From a virus: 64,000 bases of DNA. The notes under the pieces were generated by a model. The model searched no databases, was not told the origin of the DNA, and saw only the letters and a list, made by a program, of their open reading frames with translations. The translations under genes and the position numbers were made by a program. Below, one piece after another: positions 8,506-17,689 of this stretch (position 1 is its first letter; the number at the start of each line of letters is the position of its first letter). The stretch spans positions 1-64,000 of IMG/VR virus record IMGVR_UViG_3300005264_000002; one strand, 5' to 3'.

Positions 8506-8999
8506 TGAAAAAAATAATTAAAATACCAGAAACTTGTGATTGCTGTAAACTTTATGATGGAGATTTCTGTTACCTATTAAATGAAGATAAATTTGATGCT
8601 GAAGGATGCCATCTTTCAGAAATTTATTTGATTCCTAGGATCACTCCAGAAAAATCTTGTAGCCTTACAGTAGAGAAATTAACAAGTATATATGATGATC
8701 TTAAAAGTAATGTATTAGATGATAAACCTCTTGTTTCTGTAATATTAATAAATCCAGTAGATAGAGAATTCTTTATCCATAATAACGCAATAATGAGAAC
8801 AGGAGATGAGGCAATCAATCCTCTTACTAAATTTAATGGGATTACTCTCTATAATTTTAGATTGCTTGATAGAGGGAAAATCCTCCCTTTTAAAACTATG
8901 ACCGAGGCCCAAGAATTTATGTATTTTGCTTTTGGCCTAAATAAAAAAGGACATTCAATAGATGATATTATTTTGGCGTGGAATATTAGAACACAATAA
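8505..8999 (+). CDS. hypothetical protein
   Basis: 164 aa, Cys-rich N-terminus. Confidence 0.7.
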   Translation: MKKIIKIPETCDCCKLYDGDFCYLLNEDKFDAEGCHLSEIYLIPRITPEKSCSLTVEKLTSIYDDLKSNVLDDKPLVSVILINPVDREFFIHNNAIMRTGDEAINPLTKFNGITLYNFRLLDRGKILPFKTMTEAQEFMYFAFGLNKKGHSIDDIILAWNIRTQ

Positions 9000-9017
9000 A
9001 AAGGGAGAGATAAGGTA

Positions 9018-9491
9018 ATGGGAAGAAGAATTATCGTATCAAATAATATTAAAAGTAATAATAAAAAATATAAAACTAAAAACTTACATCAGGGGGTAAA
9101 AAAGGGATTTTATCGCCACGTTAGAAGACCATGCCCCCATTGTGGGAAGATAGTCTTATTATACCCTATAATAACTGATGGCATGGTTAATACTAGGAAT
9201 GATGATGTTGCTTATGAGACTAATGGAAGTAAACATAATTGTATCCCAAAAGTAAAAATCTTTAAAAAGAAGGGGGCTTACCAAGGAATGACTAAAGAAA
9301 AAGCTCAAAACACTTTAGTAGAAATTGATAAATATAGTAGAAAATCTTTTCGTATTAAAATTGGAGAGATGAAAAATCTACCAACTGAGAAATTTATTAA
9401 AGCTTATACTTATTCCGAAGGAGAGATTCAAAAAGCAATTGAATTTTTATACTTTGAAATATTTGATTTAGAAACAAAAAGACCCCTCTAA
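9018..9491 (+). CDS. hypothetical zinc-binding protein
   Basis: CPHC...HNC motif. Confidence 0.65.
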   Translation: MGRRIIVSNNIKSNNKKYKTKNLHQGVKKGFYRHVRRPCPHCGKIVLLYPIITDGMVNTRNDDVAYETNGSKHNCIPKVKIFKKKGAYQGMTKEKAQNTLVEIDKYSRKSFRIKIGEMKNLPTEKFIKAYTYSEGEIQKAIEFLYFEIFDLETKRPL

Positions 9492-9500
9492 ACGAGGGGC
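9482..9500 (+). terminator. possible hairpin terminator
   Basis: cccctc-taaac-gagggg stem; weak U tract. Confidence 0.4.
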
Positions 9501-9563
9501 CAATTCAACAAACACTTTAACAAAGACTAAAAAGGAATTTTATTTAAACCCAAAGGAATCAAA

Positions 9564-9815
9564 ATGGCAAATAAAAACGCAAAAGGAAGACCAATAGTAT
9601 CAGAAGATCTTAAGAGAAAAGCTAGGTCAATAAAAATTAGAGATAGTGTTTACAGTAAGTTACATGAATTAGGTAGTGGCTCCTATGCAAAAGGGATAGA
9701 GTTTCTCGTATATAACTATACAGAGATAAAAGATCCTGAATGGGATGAAGAGGAGTCAATGGAAGATGAATCATATACAGATGAGAGCGATGGAGAGATT
9801 AGGAGAATCTCTTGA
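9564..9815 (+). CDS. putative ribbon-helix-helix DNA-binding protein (BrnA-antitoxin-like pattern)
   Basis: GRP...KRKARSIKIRDSVY..L..LG.G.Y; acidic C-tail. Confidence 0.55.
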   Translation: MANKNAKGRPIVSEDLKRKARSIKIRDSVYSKLHELGSGSYAKGIEFLVYNYTEIKDPEWDEEESMEDESYTDESDGEIRRIS

Positions 9816-10194
9816 TTTAAGTGAAATTAAAAGACTTACCAAAAGCATTATAGATGGTGAATGTAAAAAATATCTAATGTTAGGAAAAGATATTGGCATT
9901 TATCAGGTATTCCTTAATCAAAGGACTGAAGCTATAGCTATTTTTGATCATGCCTATAGGATAATTAAAACTATTGGAAGATCTTCCTGGATAAAGAGAA
10001 AGGGTAATAGATTTTATTATACTCATAAAAGGCAAAAAGAAGATATAGAATCTCAAAATAATAACTACAAAAGAGATAAGGTATATTATGACAGGACAAA
10101 GCATAAACAAAAAACAAGAGAGCTGCTGCGAGGAGATGAGGAGTTTTTCACAAAAAATGGCCGGCGTAATCTTTCCCGTAGGAGAAGAGGATGA
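9745..10194 (+). CDS. hypothetical basic protein
   Basis: H...RAMER motif near N-terminus; start may be 9766. Confidence 0.55.
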   Translation: MKRSQWKMNHIQMRAMERLGESLDLSEIKRLTKSIIDGECKKYLMLGKDIGIYQVFLNQRTEAIAIFDHAYRIIKTIGRSSWIKRKGNRFYYTHKRQKEDIESQNNNYKRDKVYYDRTKHKQKTRELLRGDEEFFTKNGRRNLSRRRRG

Positions 10195-10315
10195 GATTAA
10201 TGGATCAGTCACAATTCAACATAATATGGAATATATTTACTTTTCAGATGGATATAGAAAATTCCCCTCTTTAATGCTTAATTATTGCCCTTTTTGTGGA
10301 AGGAAACAGAGATAA
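10088..10315 (+). CDS. small Zn-ribbon protein
   Basis: CC...YCPFCG; true start probably downstream (~10137). Confidence 0.55.
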   Translation: MTGQSINKKQESCCEEMRSFSQKMAGVIFPVGEEDEINGSVTIQHNMEYIYFSDGYRKFPSLMLNYCPFCGRKQR

Positions 10316-10366
10316 GATAATCCTTGTATATATCTATAGATAATAAAAAATACATAAGGATTAATC

Positions 10367-10612
10367 ATGACAGGCAAAACAGATTCCCACTTAATGAGAT
10401 TCACTAAAACCGCAAATGATGAATGGACATCTAAGGGGATTAATCGAGGTTATACTGGAGTAATTGTTTTTGTTCCAATCATTCCTCCAGCTCCTCCTGC
10501 TGATAGATACACTTTAACAATAAATCCTGGAGCGATTGTTTCAACTCATGACAATCTTCATAAAGCAAAAAATGAATTCAGAAAATTCCTATTAGATAAG
10601 CCTATAACTTAA
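10367..10612 (+). CDS. hypothetical protein preceded by late-type motif
   Basis: TGTATATAT at 10325-10333, TAAGGA RBS. Confidence 0.65.
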   Translation: MTGKTDSHLMRFTKTANDEWTSKGINRGYTGVIVFVPIIPPAPPADRYTLTINPGAIVSTHDNLHKAKNEFRKFLLDKPIT

Positions 10613-10666
10613 ACAATTAACTTTAAACGTATAATAAGAAAAACTTAAATACTTTAAAGGATTATT

Positions 10667-10945
10667 ATGTTTGAATTTACGCCTCTTGAAATCGCTCTCT
10701 TTATCTGCTTTTCTTTCTTATTGTTTCAATATTTGTTAGGTGTATTTGTTTTCCTTAAAAAAGAGAATGCTATAAGTACAGCTATTAGGACTATGGAGAA
10801 AATGCAGGATTATAATACTGAGCTTTTCCAGAAACTTCTGAAAGAAGAGAAATTAACAATGGCCCTGGCCAATCAGGTAAAAGATTATCGTAAAACTCAT
10901 GGTAGTGGTGGAGTCGATACAATAGCAGGATTAAATAATGAATAA
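10667..10945 (+). CDS. membrane-anchored coiled-coil protein
   Basis: N-terminal TM; CGTATAAT at 10628. Confidence 0.65.
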   Translation: MFEFTPLEIALFICFSFLLFQYLLGVFVFLKKENAISTAIRTMEKMQDYNTELFQKLLKEEKLTMALANQVKDYRKTHGSGGVDTIAGLNNE

Positions 10946-11564
10946 TTTTAAAGAATTTAATATTGAAATGATTAAAGATTTTGGTGGATGTAAACAAGCA
11001 ATGATTTATCTAAGAGATAAATATGGCCATGAAGTTGATGATCTATCCAAAAGAAGAGCAGATGTAATTAATCTAATGGATGAAGGGAAAGAAGATTGGG
11101 TAATTAATTTCTGTTTAAATGTTATGGATAATCCAAATAAAGTTAAATTTCTTGAATTCGTTCTACTAGATTTTTGTTTTCAATTCCCTGTTGATAGAAG
11201 TTTAGGGAAAGTTTCTAAGTTAATTGTTAATCAGATTATTCATGAGCAAGATAACTTTTCTGAATTGATCCCTTGTTTCAATTTCTATAAACATAATCTT
11301 ATGAAATCTTATGATGCAACAGAAGATCAAAATTGGAGATCTTTATTAATAAAAAAATTACGGACAATAGAAACCGTAATCGAATATATGGACAAAGATT
11401 TCATTAAAGCTTGCATTACATGTGCCAAACATGCCTGTGAATCTATTATCCTTAGAGATCATATCGAAGGTAGTGCAGAAAATATTGGTGTTATGCGTAG
11501 AAATAAGATGAAGGAATACGGATTATATGCAATGATGCTAACCGCTATATGGCCAAATGAATAA
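10938..11564 (+). CDS. hypothetical protein
   Basis: 208-aa ORF, overlapping neighbours. Confidence 0.75.
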   Translation: MNNFKEFNIEMIKDFGGCKQAMIYLRDKYGHEVDDLSKRRADVINLMDEGKEDWVINFCLNVMDNPNKVKFLEFVLLDFCFQFPVDRSLGKVSKLIVNQIIHEQDNFSELIPCFNFYKHNLMKSYDATEDQNWRSLLIKKLRTIETVIEYMDKDFIKACITCAKHACESIILRDHIEGSAENIGVMRRNKMKEYGLYAMMLTAIWPNE

Positions 11565-11832
11565 TGAAAATCTCGAACAATTAGCCGAAATCATTCCCTT
11601 TCCAGGAGTTCAAGCTTATGGGACTAAATGTTGCATTTGTGGGAAAGGGGGACAATTTGAAGCCTATAAGATCTACGAACAATCATTAGCAAAAGCTTAT
11701 TTTTATTGCAATAGCTGTAAACATTATCATCCTCAAGGATTTAATATCGATATTAAGGAGTCCCCTGAGTTGGCAGGAGTCAACGCTATACCTAAAGGAG
11801 TAATAACATGGGAACAGGAAAAACAGAGTTAG
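11557..11832 (+). CDS. zinc-ribbon hypothetical protein
   Basis: CCIC...CNSC. Confidence 0.65.
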   Translation: MNNENLEQLAEIIPFPGVQAYGTKCCICGKGGQFEAYKIYEQSLAKAYFYCNSCKHYHPQGFNIDIKESPELAGVNAIPKGVITWEQEKQS

Positions 11833-12014
11833 AAAATTATGTACCGACACAGGTTAGGATTAATGGTCATTGGATATCAAATGATGATTATCTAAAAGAT
11901 CCAATAACATATAATAAAGTTCCTTTCTCTGAAGGATACTTAGAGGAATGTGGAATAGATCCTAAAACTGTAAAAGAAGAATTATTGCCAGAATCATTAA
12001 AAAAGGCCTCATAA
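11808..12014 (+). CDS. hypothetical protein
   Basis: AAGGAG RBS; 68 aa. Confidence 0.65.
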   Translation: MGTGKTELENYVPTQVRINGHWISNDDYLKDPITYNKVPFSEGYLEECGIDPKTVKEELLPESLKKAS

Positions 12015-12025
12015 TCGAGGCCCTT
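12003..12025. terminator. hairpin between convergent genes
   Basis: ggcctc-ataatc-gaggcc. Confidence 0.6.
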
Positions 12026-12052
12026 CTTGTAACTAAAATACATCTAAAAAGG

Positions 12053-13234
12053 TTACAGAGTTTCTTTTCTTTCGTATCGGACACCATGAATTACAGCATG
12101 ATTATAAGGGATGATTATATGTTCAGGTGAAACTCTTTTCTCTTTTGTGTCAATATGAGCAATTAAAAAAGAATTGGTCCATTTATCTCTATGAGGGATA
12201 TATTCAACATTTGTTACTGCCATACATCCAGTTTCTATCCAGGAGCATTTTCCCATAACTAAATTAGTAAAAACTTCTGTTGATGGCCTATGACAATGAC
12301 CACTTGTTCCAGACATTCCATATCCTAGATCTTTAAAGTGGCCAGCAACAAAGCAATCATAATAAACTCTATAATTTTGTTTTAGTTCATTTTTTACATC
12401 ATTTTTAGAGAAAGCAGCTAAATCTAATTTGCATATCATATTGATTTGATACTTATCAAGTCCAAAGACATCCGATAATGATAGGCCCATTACATCAGAT
12501 AATATAACTCTTAGATTAGGAGTCTTTTCAGATAATAGATTTAATATCCTCCATTCATGATTCCCTAATATAAAATCTATTTGAGAATTTGGACATAATT
12601 CCCTTAATGGAGCAAAGATATTTTTCTTAACATAATCAAATCTTTCTACAATTTTCAATTGTCTAACATCTTGAGAGTATCTTGAGCTTTCGTAGCAATC
12701 AAAAACATCACCATTTAAGACAATGACATCAGGTTGAATTCTTGCACAAGTATCAATAAATATAGATAAAACAAATTCATCACAGTCAATGTCATGAAAG
12801 TCTGAAGCAGAGATAATTGTTTTATATCTATTTTTATTCTTATTTAGTTGATCAAACTTATTATGATAAGGAAGGACTTCTGTTTTATAAAAGTTTCTAA
12901 TTTTATCTAAATGAGCTTGTTTAGCAATATCTCTTTCTAGTTGATGTTGTTTTCTTGACAGTTTTAATCCTGCTTGTCTCTTGAATTCTTCAAAAGTTCC
13001 AAAATATCTATTCCAGGTGGAATCTGAATATTTTCCGTTTGCTCTATAAAAGTTTCTTGAGATTGATTGTAGGGGATATTTTTCTTGGATTCTTCTGAGG
13101 TCATTAGTGCATTGTTCTGGAGTAGCTGAGGGGATAAACTTTTTTGTCTTTTCTGATAGTAGGGCTTTTTGTTGAGTTGTTAATTTTTGTTGTTTTTTGA
13201 CTTTCTTCTTTACCTTTTCCTTGGCCTTAGTCAT
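12053..13234 (-). CDS. calcineurin-like metallophosphoesterase with N-terminal homing-endonuclease-associated repeat
   Basis: SDFH, GDVFD, GNHE, GHCH motifs; N-terminal Y...RYFGTFEEFKRQAGL repeat motif. Confidence 0.85.
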   Translation of the reverse strand: MTKAKEKVKKKVKKQQKLTTQQKALLSEKTKKFIPSATPEQCTNDLRRIQEKYPLQSISRNFYRANGKYSDSTWNRYFGTFEEFKRQAGLKLSRKQHQLERDIAKQAHLDKIRNFYKTEVLPYHNKFDQLNKNKNRYKTIISASDFHDIDCDEFVLSIFIDTCARIQPDVIVLNGDVFDCYESSRYSQDVRQLKIVERFDYVKKNIFAPLRELCPNSQIDFILGNHEWRILNLLSEKTPNLRVILSDVMGLSLSDVFGLDKYQINMICKLDLAAFSKNDVKNELKQNYRVYYDCFVAGHFKDLGYGMSGTSGHCHRPSTEVFTNLVMGKCSWIETGCMAVTNVEYIPHRDKWTNSFLIAHIDTKEKRVSPEHIIIPYNHAVIHGVRYERKETL

Positions 13235-13269
13235 TTTTACATCCTTTAAAAATGTTTTGTTGTTATCTA

Positions 13270-13378
13270 ATACTTACAATGACTTCCAAAAAGGCATGGA
13301 GATTGATTCAATTACTCAAGTAAAGGTTGCTGTATATATATCTTACCCATCAGTAGAATCTTCAAGAGTTGTAAATAT
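13270..13378. promoter_or_regulatory. divergent late-type promoter motifs
   Basis: TGTAAGTAT on - strand (13270-13278); TGTATATAT (13331) and TGTAAATAT (13370) on + strand. Confidence 0.6.
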
Positions 13379-13414
13379 TGAATAGATTTAAATTTCATTC
13401 AAAAGAGGATTCAA

Positions 13415-16108
13415 ATGTTTAACAGATTCGTCAAAAAAAATAATGCAGATAAAATTCTTCCTTCTCCAGAATCTCAAGAATTAAAGAAAATGAGGATTGA
13501 AGTTGATGAGCTTCAAATCAAATTAGATGATGAGTATGAAGAGTCATTGGCCCTAGACAATTATTACACTAAGGATACATTATCTAGCTCACATGCTGGA
13601 AGTTCAGCTAATTATGATGTAGTTGATGAGGATATCGATTTAAGGACTCTCCAAGCTTTATATGCTTCTGAAGGATGGTTTTATATTGTTGTTCAGGCAA
13701 TTACTAAAGCTATAATCTCCCTCCCTATGAAAATGGAAAAGAAGAAAATCACCAGTGAAGAGGTTGAATTGCCTAATGGTGATACTGAAGAAGTTAAGAA
13801 TGAAATTTGGGTAGAAGCTAATGGAGAACCTGAATTTGATCTTTTTCAACATCCTAATGATATGCAGGGAGCATTAGAATTCTTTATGTTAGTTATCATT
13901 GATTTTCTTACTCTAGGAAATACCTATATATGGATTGATAGGGGAGAAGGTGGAATTGAAGTTGATAGACCAACGGCAAGACTCCAAGAGGCAATGAGAA
14001 GACATGGACATGGTATAAATGGAATCTATAGAATGAATGCGTCCCTTATAGAACCATTAATAGAAGATAAAGAGTTTGGAATATCTGCTTATGGCCTAAT
14101 GTCAGCAGAGGGATATATAAGATTTGAAGCTAGTGAAATGCTACATATTAAAATGCCTCATCCTGGTAATGCTTTTATTGGATTGTCCCCAATTGTTCCT
14201 GTTCTTAAGAATGTTTTAATAGATAGATTTACCAGTGAGCACATGATTAGATTCTATAAGCAAGGTGCTAGACTTGGTGGAGTAATTAAAACATCTAAGA
14301 AGTTAACTAAAAATCAAATAACCAGATTAACTAGAAATTTTGAATCTAAGTTTTCGGGTAAAAAAAATCACCATAAAACTCTTATCCTTCCTGAGGGTAT
14401 GGAGTATGAAATAATAGAGGCCAATCCAGGTGAAACATCCCTCATTGAATTTAGTAAATTTAATAAAGAACCTATTCTTAGCACTTATTCTGTGCCTCCT
14501 GTTCGAGTTGGTCTTTTAGATGGGGCAACTTATGCAAATGCACTGATTCAAGATAAGTCCTTTTGGGAAAATGCTGTTAAACCTGTAACTATGCTTTTAC
14601 AGGATGGCTTTAGTAATTCAGGCAAGATAATTAAAAGAGAGAGAAGATTAAGAATTCGTTGGGATCTTTCAGATGTTGAAGCTCTCCAAGAGAATCTAAA
14701 AGATAAAGTTGAAATAGGTAAAGGATTAGGCGAAAGTGGTTGGTCAATTGATGAAATTAGAGAAAAACATTGGAAGCTAACTAAATTAGGAGGAGATAGA
14801 GGAGGAAATCTTATCCCATTAGTTGAGAGGACTAAAAGGCCAGAAGGATTTAGGAATTTACAATTATCTGCTCCTGGGACTGAAGAAAAAACTCAGCCGG
14901 CCAATGCTCAACCAGATCAAGAAACGGTTAGTGATGTAACTCCTACAGATCAGACTTTTGAACAAAGAGTTGGAGAGTTAACATCAATTAATATTGCTTC
15001 TGGGCTTTCTCCTGCAATAGCTGCTCAAGAAGCTGTTACTAGAACATTAGCAGAAGGATTATTACCAGGAGTCTCTCCAGAAGTCTCTACTGTTGAAAAT
15101 AATGAAGATCCTCAAAATGATACATCAACTAATGAATCGGAAAATGATTCCGAAGCAGAAGAAAATGAGGATGGAGAAGATAAAACTGATGGAGAAGATG
15201 AACCAAATAAAATTCTTTCTCTTCCTGGTATGGATCAAGACACTCTCCAAAATACAGTTAAGGCCCTAACTGGTGAAGGTGTTGATGGATTAATTAAAGA
15301 TAAATTTGAAGAGACTAAAAGCACTTTTGGTAGAATGGAGAAAATCTTTCAAGAAGCTGCGAAATCTATTGTAACTGATAAGAGTGGAAGGATAAATAAG
15401 CGTAAACATCTAATAAAAAGCTTAAGAAATAAAGCTGATGGAGATGATGGACTCCCAACAGGGAAAGATATTGCTAAATTTGCTGAAAAAGAAGCTTCTG
15501 ATCATCCAAGTTCAGTTGACATTAAAGCAATGGAAGTCGGCCATTCAAATACAATAACAACTCATTCTTTGACTTTTCCTAATGAAGAGGCTTTAGAATC
15601 CATAGAATCAGAAGCAGCTAAGAAAATTGTAGGGATAACTGACACAACTAAAGATCAAATAAGAAGTGTTATTGCTGATGCTTTTAGTCAACAGGCCACT
15701 CCTCAACAATTGGCCGATATGATTTCAGATAAGTTTTCTCAGATAATGACTTATAAGGGTCGAGCAATGACAATTGCTAGGACTGAAACTCTTTCAGCAG
15801 TTAGTGAAGGTCAAGAGATAAAAAAGAACCAATTTCTTGAAGAACTTCCAGAATTATCAGATGAGTTAATGAAGGCCTGGATGAATGCAAATGATTCCGA
15901 TGTTAGGGATAGCCATATCAAAACAGGAGATGAGGGGCCGATTCCTCATGATGAAAAATTCTCTAATGGTCTTATGCATCCAAGAGAAAGAGGGGCCAAG
16001 GCCAAAGAAGTAGTTAATTGTCGATGTACAGTTATTTATTTCCATAAAGCAGAACAAGAAGAAATTGAGGAAACTTTAGCTGATGATTTAATTCCATCAA
16101 TAATTTAA
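13415..16108 (+). CDS. HK97-family portal protein fused to MuF/SPP1 gp7-like minor head protein
   Basis: portal motifs (HPN..., GNTY, GLSP, F..GA..GGVI, VPPV.VG); C-terminal RAMTIARTE...W....D..VR.SH...NCRC. Confidence 0.9.
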   Translation: MFNRFVKKNNADKILPSPESQELKKMRIEVDELQIKLDDEYEESLALDNYYTKDTLSSSHAGSSANYDVVDEDIDLRTLQALYASEGWFYIVVQAITKAIISLPMKMEKKKITSEEVELPNGDTEEVKNEIWVEANGEPEFDLFQHPNDMQGALEFFMLVIIDFLTLGNTYIWIDRGEGGIEVDRPTARLQEAMRRHGHGINGIYRMNASLIEPLIEDKEFGISAYGLMSAEGYIRFEASEMLHIKMPHPGNAFIGLSPIVPVLKNVLIDRFTSEHMIRFYKQGARLGGVIKTSKKLTKNQITRLTRNFESKFSGKKNHHKTLILPEGMEYEIIEANPGETSLIEFSKFNKEPILSTYSVPPVRVGLLDGATYANALIQDKSFWENAVKPVTMLLQDGFSNSGKIIKRERRLRIRWDLSDVEALQENLKDKVEIGKGLGESGWSIDEIREKHWKLTKLGGDRGGNLIPLVERTKRPEGFRNLQLSAPGTEEKTQPANAQPDQETVSDVTPTDQTFEQRVGELTSINIASGLSPAIAAQEAVTRTLAEGLLPGVSPEVSTVENNEDPQNDTSTNESENDSEAEENEDGEDKTDGEDEPNKILSLPGMDQDTLQNTVKALTGEGVDGLIKDKFEETKSTFGRMEKIFQEAAKSIVTDKSGRINKRKHLIKSLRNKADGDDGLPTGKDIAKFAEKEASDHPSSVDIKAMEVGHSNTITTHSLTFPNEEALESIESEAAKKIVGITDTTKDQIRSVIADAFSQQATPQQLADMISDKFSQIMTYKGRAMTIARTETLSAVSEGQEIKKNQFLEELPELSDELMKAWMNANDSDVRDSHIKTGDEGPIPHDEKFSNGLMHPRERGAKAKEVVNCRCTVIYFHKAEQEEIEETLADDLIPSII

Positions 16109-16128
16109 AAATATATGAAAATCAAAGT

Positions 16129-16148
16129 TGTAAATATGTTGTAAGTAT
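16129..16148 (+). promoter_or_regulatory. tandem late-type motifs
   Basis: TGTAAATAT then TGTAAGTAT upstream of protease. Confidence 0.55.
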
Positions 16149-16164
16149 CAATTAAGAGGAATTT

Positions 16165-17055
16165 ATGTTTAAAAAAAATAAATCGTTTATCCGTAAAAAT
16201 ACTAATCCCCAAAACATGAAGCGTTTGGATTGTCCTATCGTTTGGGATGCTAAAAGCATTAAGAAAAATGCTAGTGGCAAATTAACAATTAAAGGATATG
16301 CCAATACAAAAGATCGTGATCGTGTTGGTGATGTAGTTCTTCCTGAAGCATTTGCCAAACAATTGTCTGAATTTATGGAGAATCCCATTCTTCTCTATAT
16401 GCATGATTGGGATCGTCCTTGTGGGAAGGTCATTAAAGCTGAGATTGATGAGAAAGGATTATTGATTGAAGCAGAAATAACCAATGCAAAATCAGCAGAA
16501 GACATTCGAGAAATGGTTAAAGATGGAACTCTTAAAACTTTTTCTATCGGATATAATGAACTTGATGCAGATTGGGACAAAGAAACTGCAACAAATTATG
16601 TTAAAGAATTAGAATTATTAGAGATATCAATTGTAACCATTCCTTGTAATACCCAAGCAAAATTTGAAGTTAAACCAGATGATAATGAAGAAGAAGCGGA
16701 AGATGATAGCGAAGGGAAATCTGCACCTAAAAAAGTTAAAACTTCTGATGATGTGATTGTTGAGCTTAATGATACAGCTTATGATTTTATTGTTGAAAAA
16801 ATCAATAATTCGATTAATGAAGGGAAAACCATTACTAAAAATCTTATGAAAGAATTTGAGATGGAATTTTGCTCAACAAAAAAAGGAAAAGTGGCCCAAA
16901 CAAAAGCTGTTATCACTGAAGATCAAGCTGAGTTTATGTCCCAAATGCTTAACATGATGGAATCAAATGAAGAAGTCGATTCTGAATTAATAATAGATAT
17001 TTCAAAAGCTTATGATCATTTGAAAGATAATGAATCAGACTTAATAGAAAAATAA
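16165..17055 (+). CDS. HK97-family prohead protease
   Basis: IKGYA...DR.GD, LYMHD, FSIGY, LLEISIVTIPCN. Confidence 0.95.
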   Translation: MFKKNKSFIRKNTNPQNMKRLDCPIVWDAKSIKKNASGKLTIKGYANTKDRDRVGDVVLPEAFAKQLSEFMENPILLYMHDWDRPCGKVIKAEIDEKGLLIEAEITNAKSAEDIREMVKDGTLKTFSIGYNELDADWDKETATNYVKELELLEISIVTIPCNTQAKFEVKPDDNEEEAEDDSEGKSAPKKVKTSDDVIVELNDTAYDFIVEKINNSINEGKTITKNLMKEFEMEFCSTKKGKVAQTKAVITEDQAEFMSQMLNMMESNEEVDSELIIDISKAYDHLKDNESDLIEK

Positions 17056-17085
17056 TTAACAATATTTTCATAGGAGAAAATTATT

Positions 17086-17595
17086 ATGAAACTAAAAAAG
17101 AAGGCCCTAAAAGATCTAGTTCTTAAATTACGTGGAAAATCTGTTGATCCAACTCCAGAAGATGAAACCAAAACTCCAGAAGAAATTGCTGCTGAAGAGG
17201 CTGCAAAAGCTTGTGATGAAGATGATAAAGAAGAAGACGATAAATCTGTTGATTCAACTGAAGAAAATACAGAAGACAAAGTTGATGTTGAAGGAGATGA
17301 AGAAGATCCTGCAATGGGAGCTTTAAAAGTTCTTACTGAAAAAGTTGATTTGATGATGGATGGCCTGGCAACTGTTTTAGAAATGCTTGAAGGCTCTAAG
17401 GCTGAAGATTCTGAAGAAGAGGATTCTGAAGAAGATGACATGGATTCAGAAGATGAAGATAAAACTGATGATGAAGATTCTAAAGATGAGGATGAAGAAG
17501 ATAAAACTTTGGATGAATTATCTGATGAAGAAGCTTTAAAAGTTCTTGAAGATCTTGATGAGCAACTTGAAGAAATAGAGGAAGGAGCCGTTTAG
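17086..17595 (+). CDS. acidic scaffold-like protein
   Basis: very D/E-rich, lies between protease and capsid. Confidence 0.65.
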   Translation: MKLKKKALKDLVLKLRGKSVDPTPEDETKTPEEIAAEEAAKACDEDDKEEDDKSVDSTEENTEDKVDVEGDEEDPAMGALKVLTEKVDLMMDGLATVLEMLEGSKAEDSEEEDSEEDDMDSEDEDKTDDEDSKDEDEEDKTLDELSDEEALKVLEDLDEQLEEIEEGAV

Positions 17596-17631
17596 GCTCC
17601 TCTCTTAGTTATAAATTGTTGGTGTATATAT
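17583..17631 (+). promoter_or_regulatory. hairpin followed by late-type promoter motif
   Basis: ggagcc-gttta-ggctcc; GGTGTATATAT at 17621-17631. Confidence 0.6.
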
Positions 17632-17689
17632 ATCCTGTGAAGTGAATATGCTAAAAATTGTTGAATAAATATCTAAGGAGAAAAGACAA

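Noticed and set aside
17016-17441. Ser-rich antisense ORF and other short antisense/overlapping ORFs throughout the track
   Set aside because: Reverse-frame shadows of well-supported genes; no RBS or promoter
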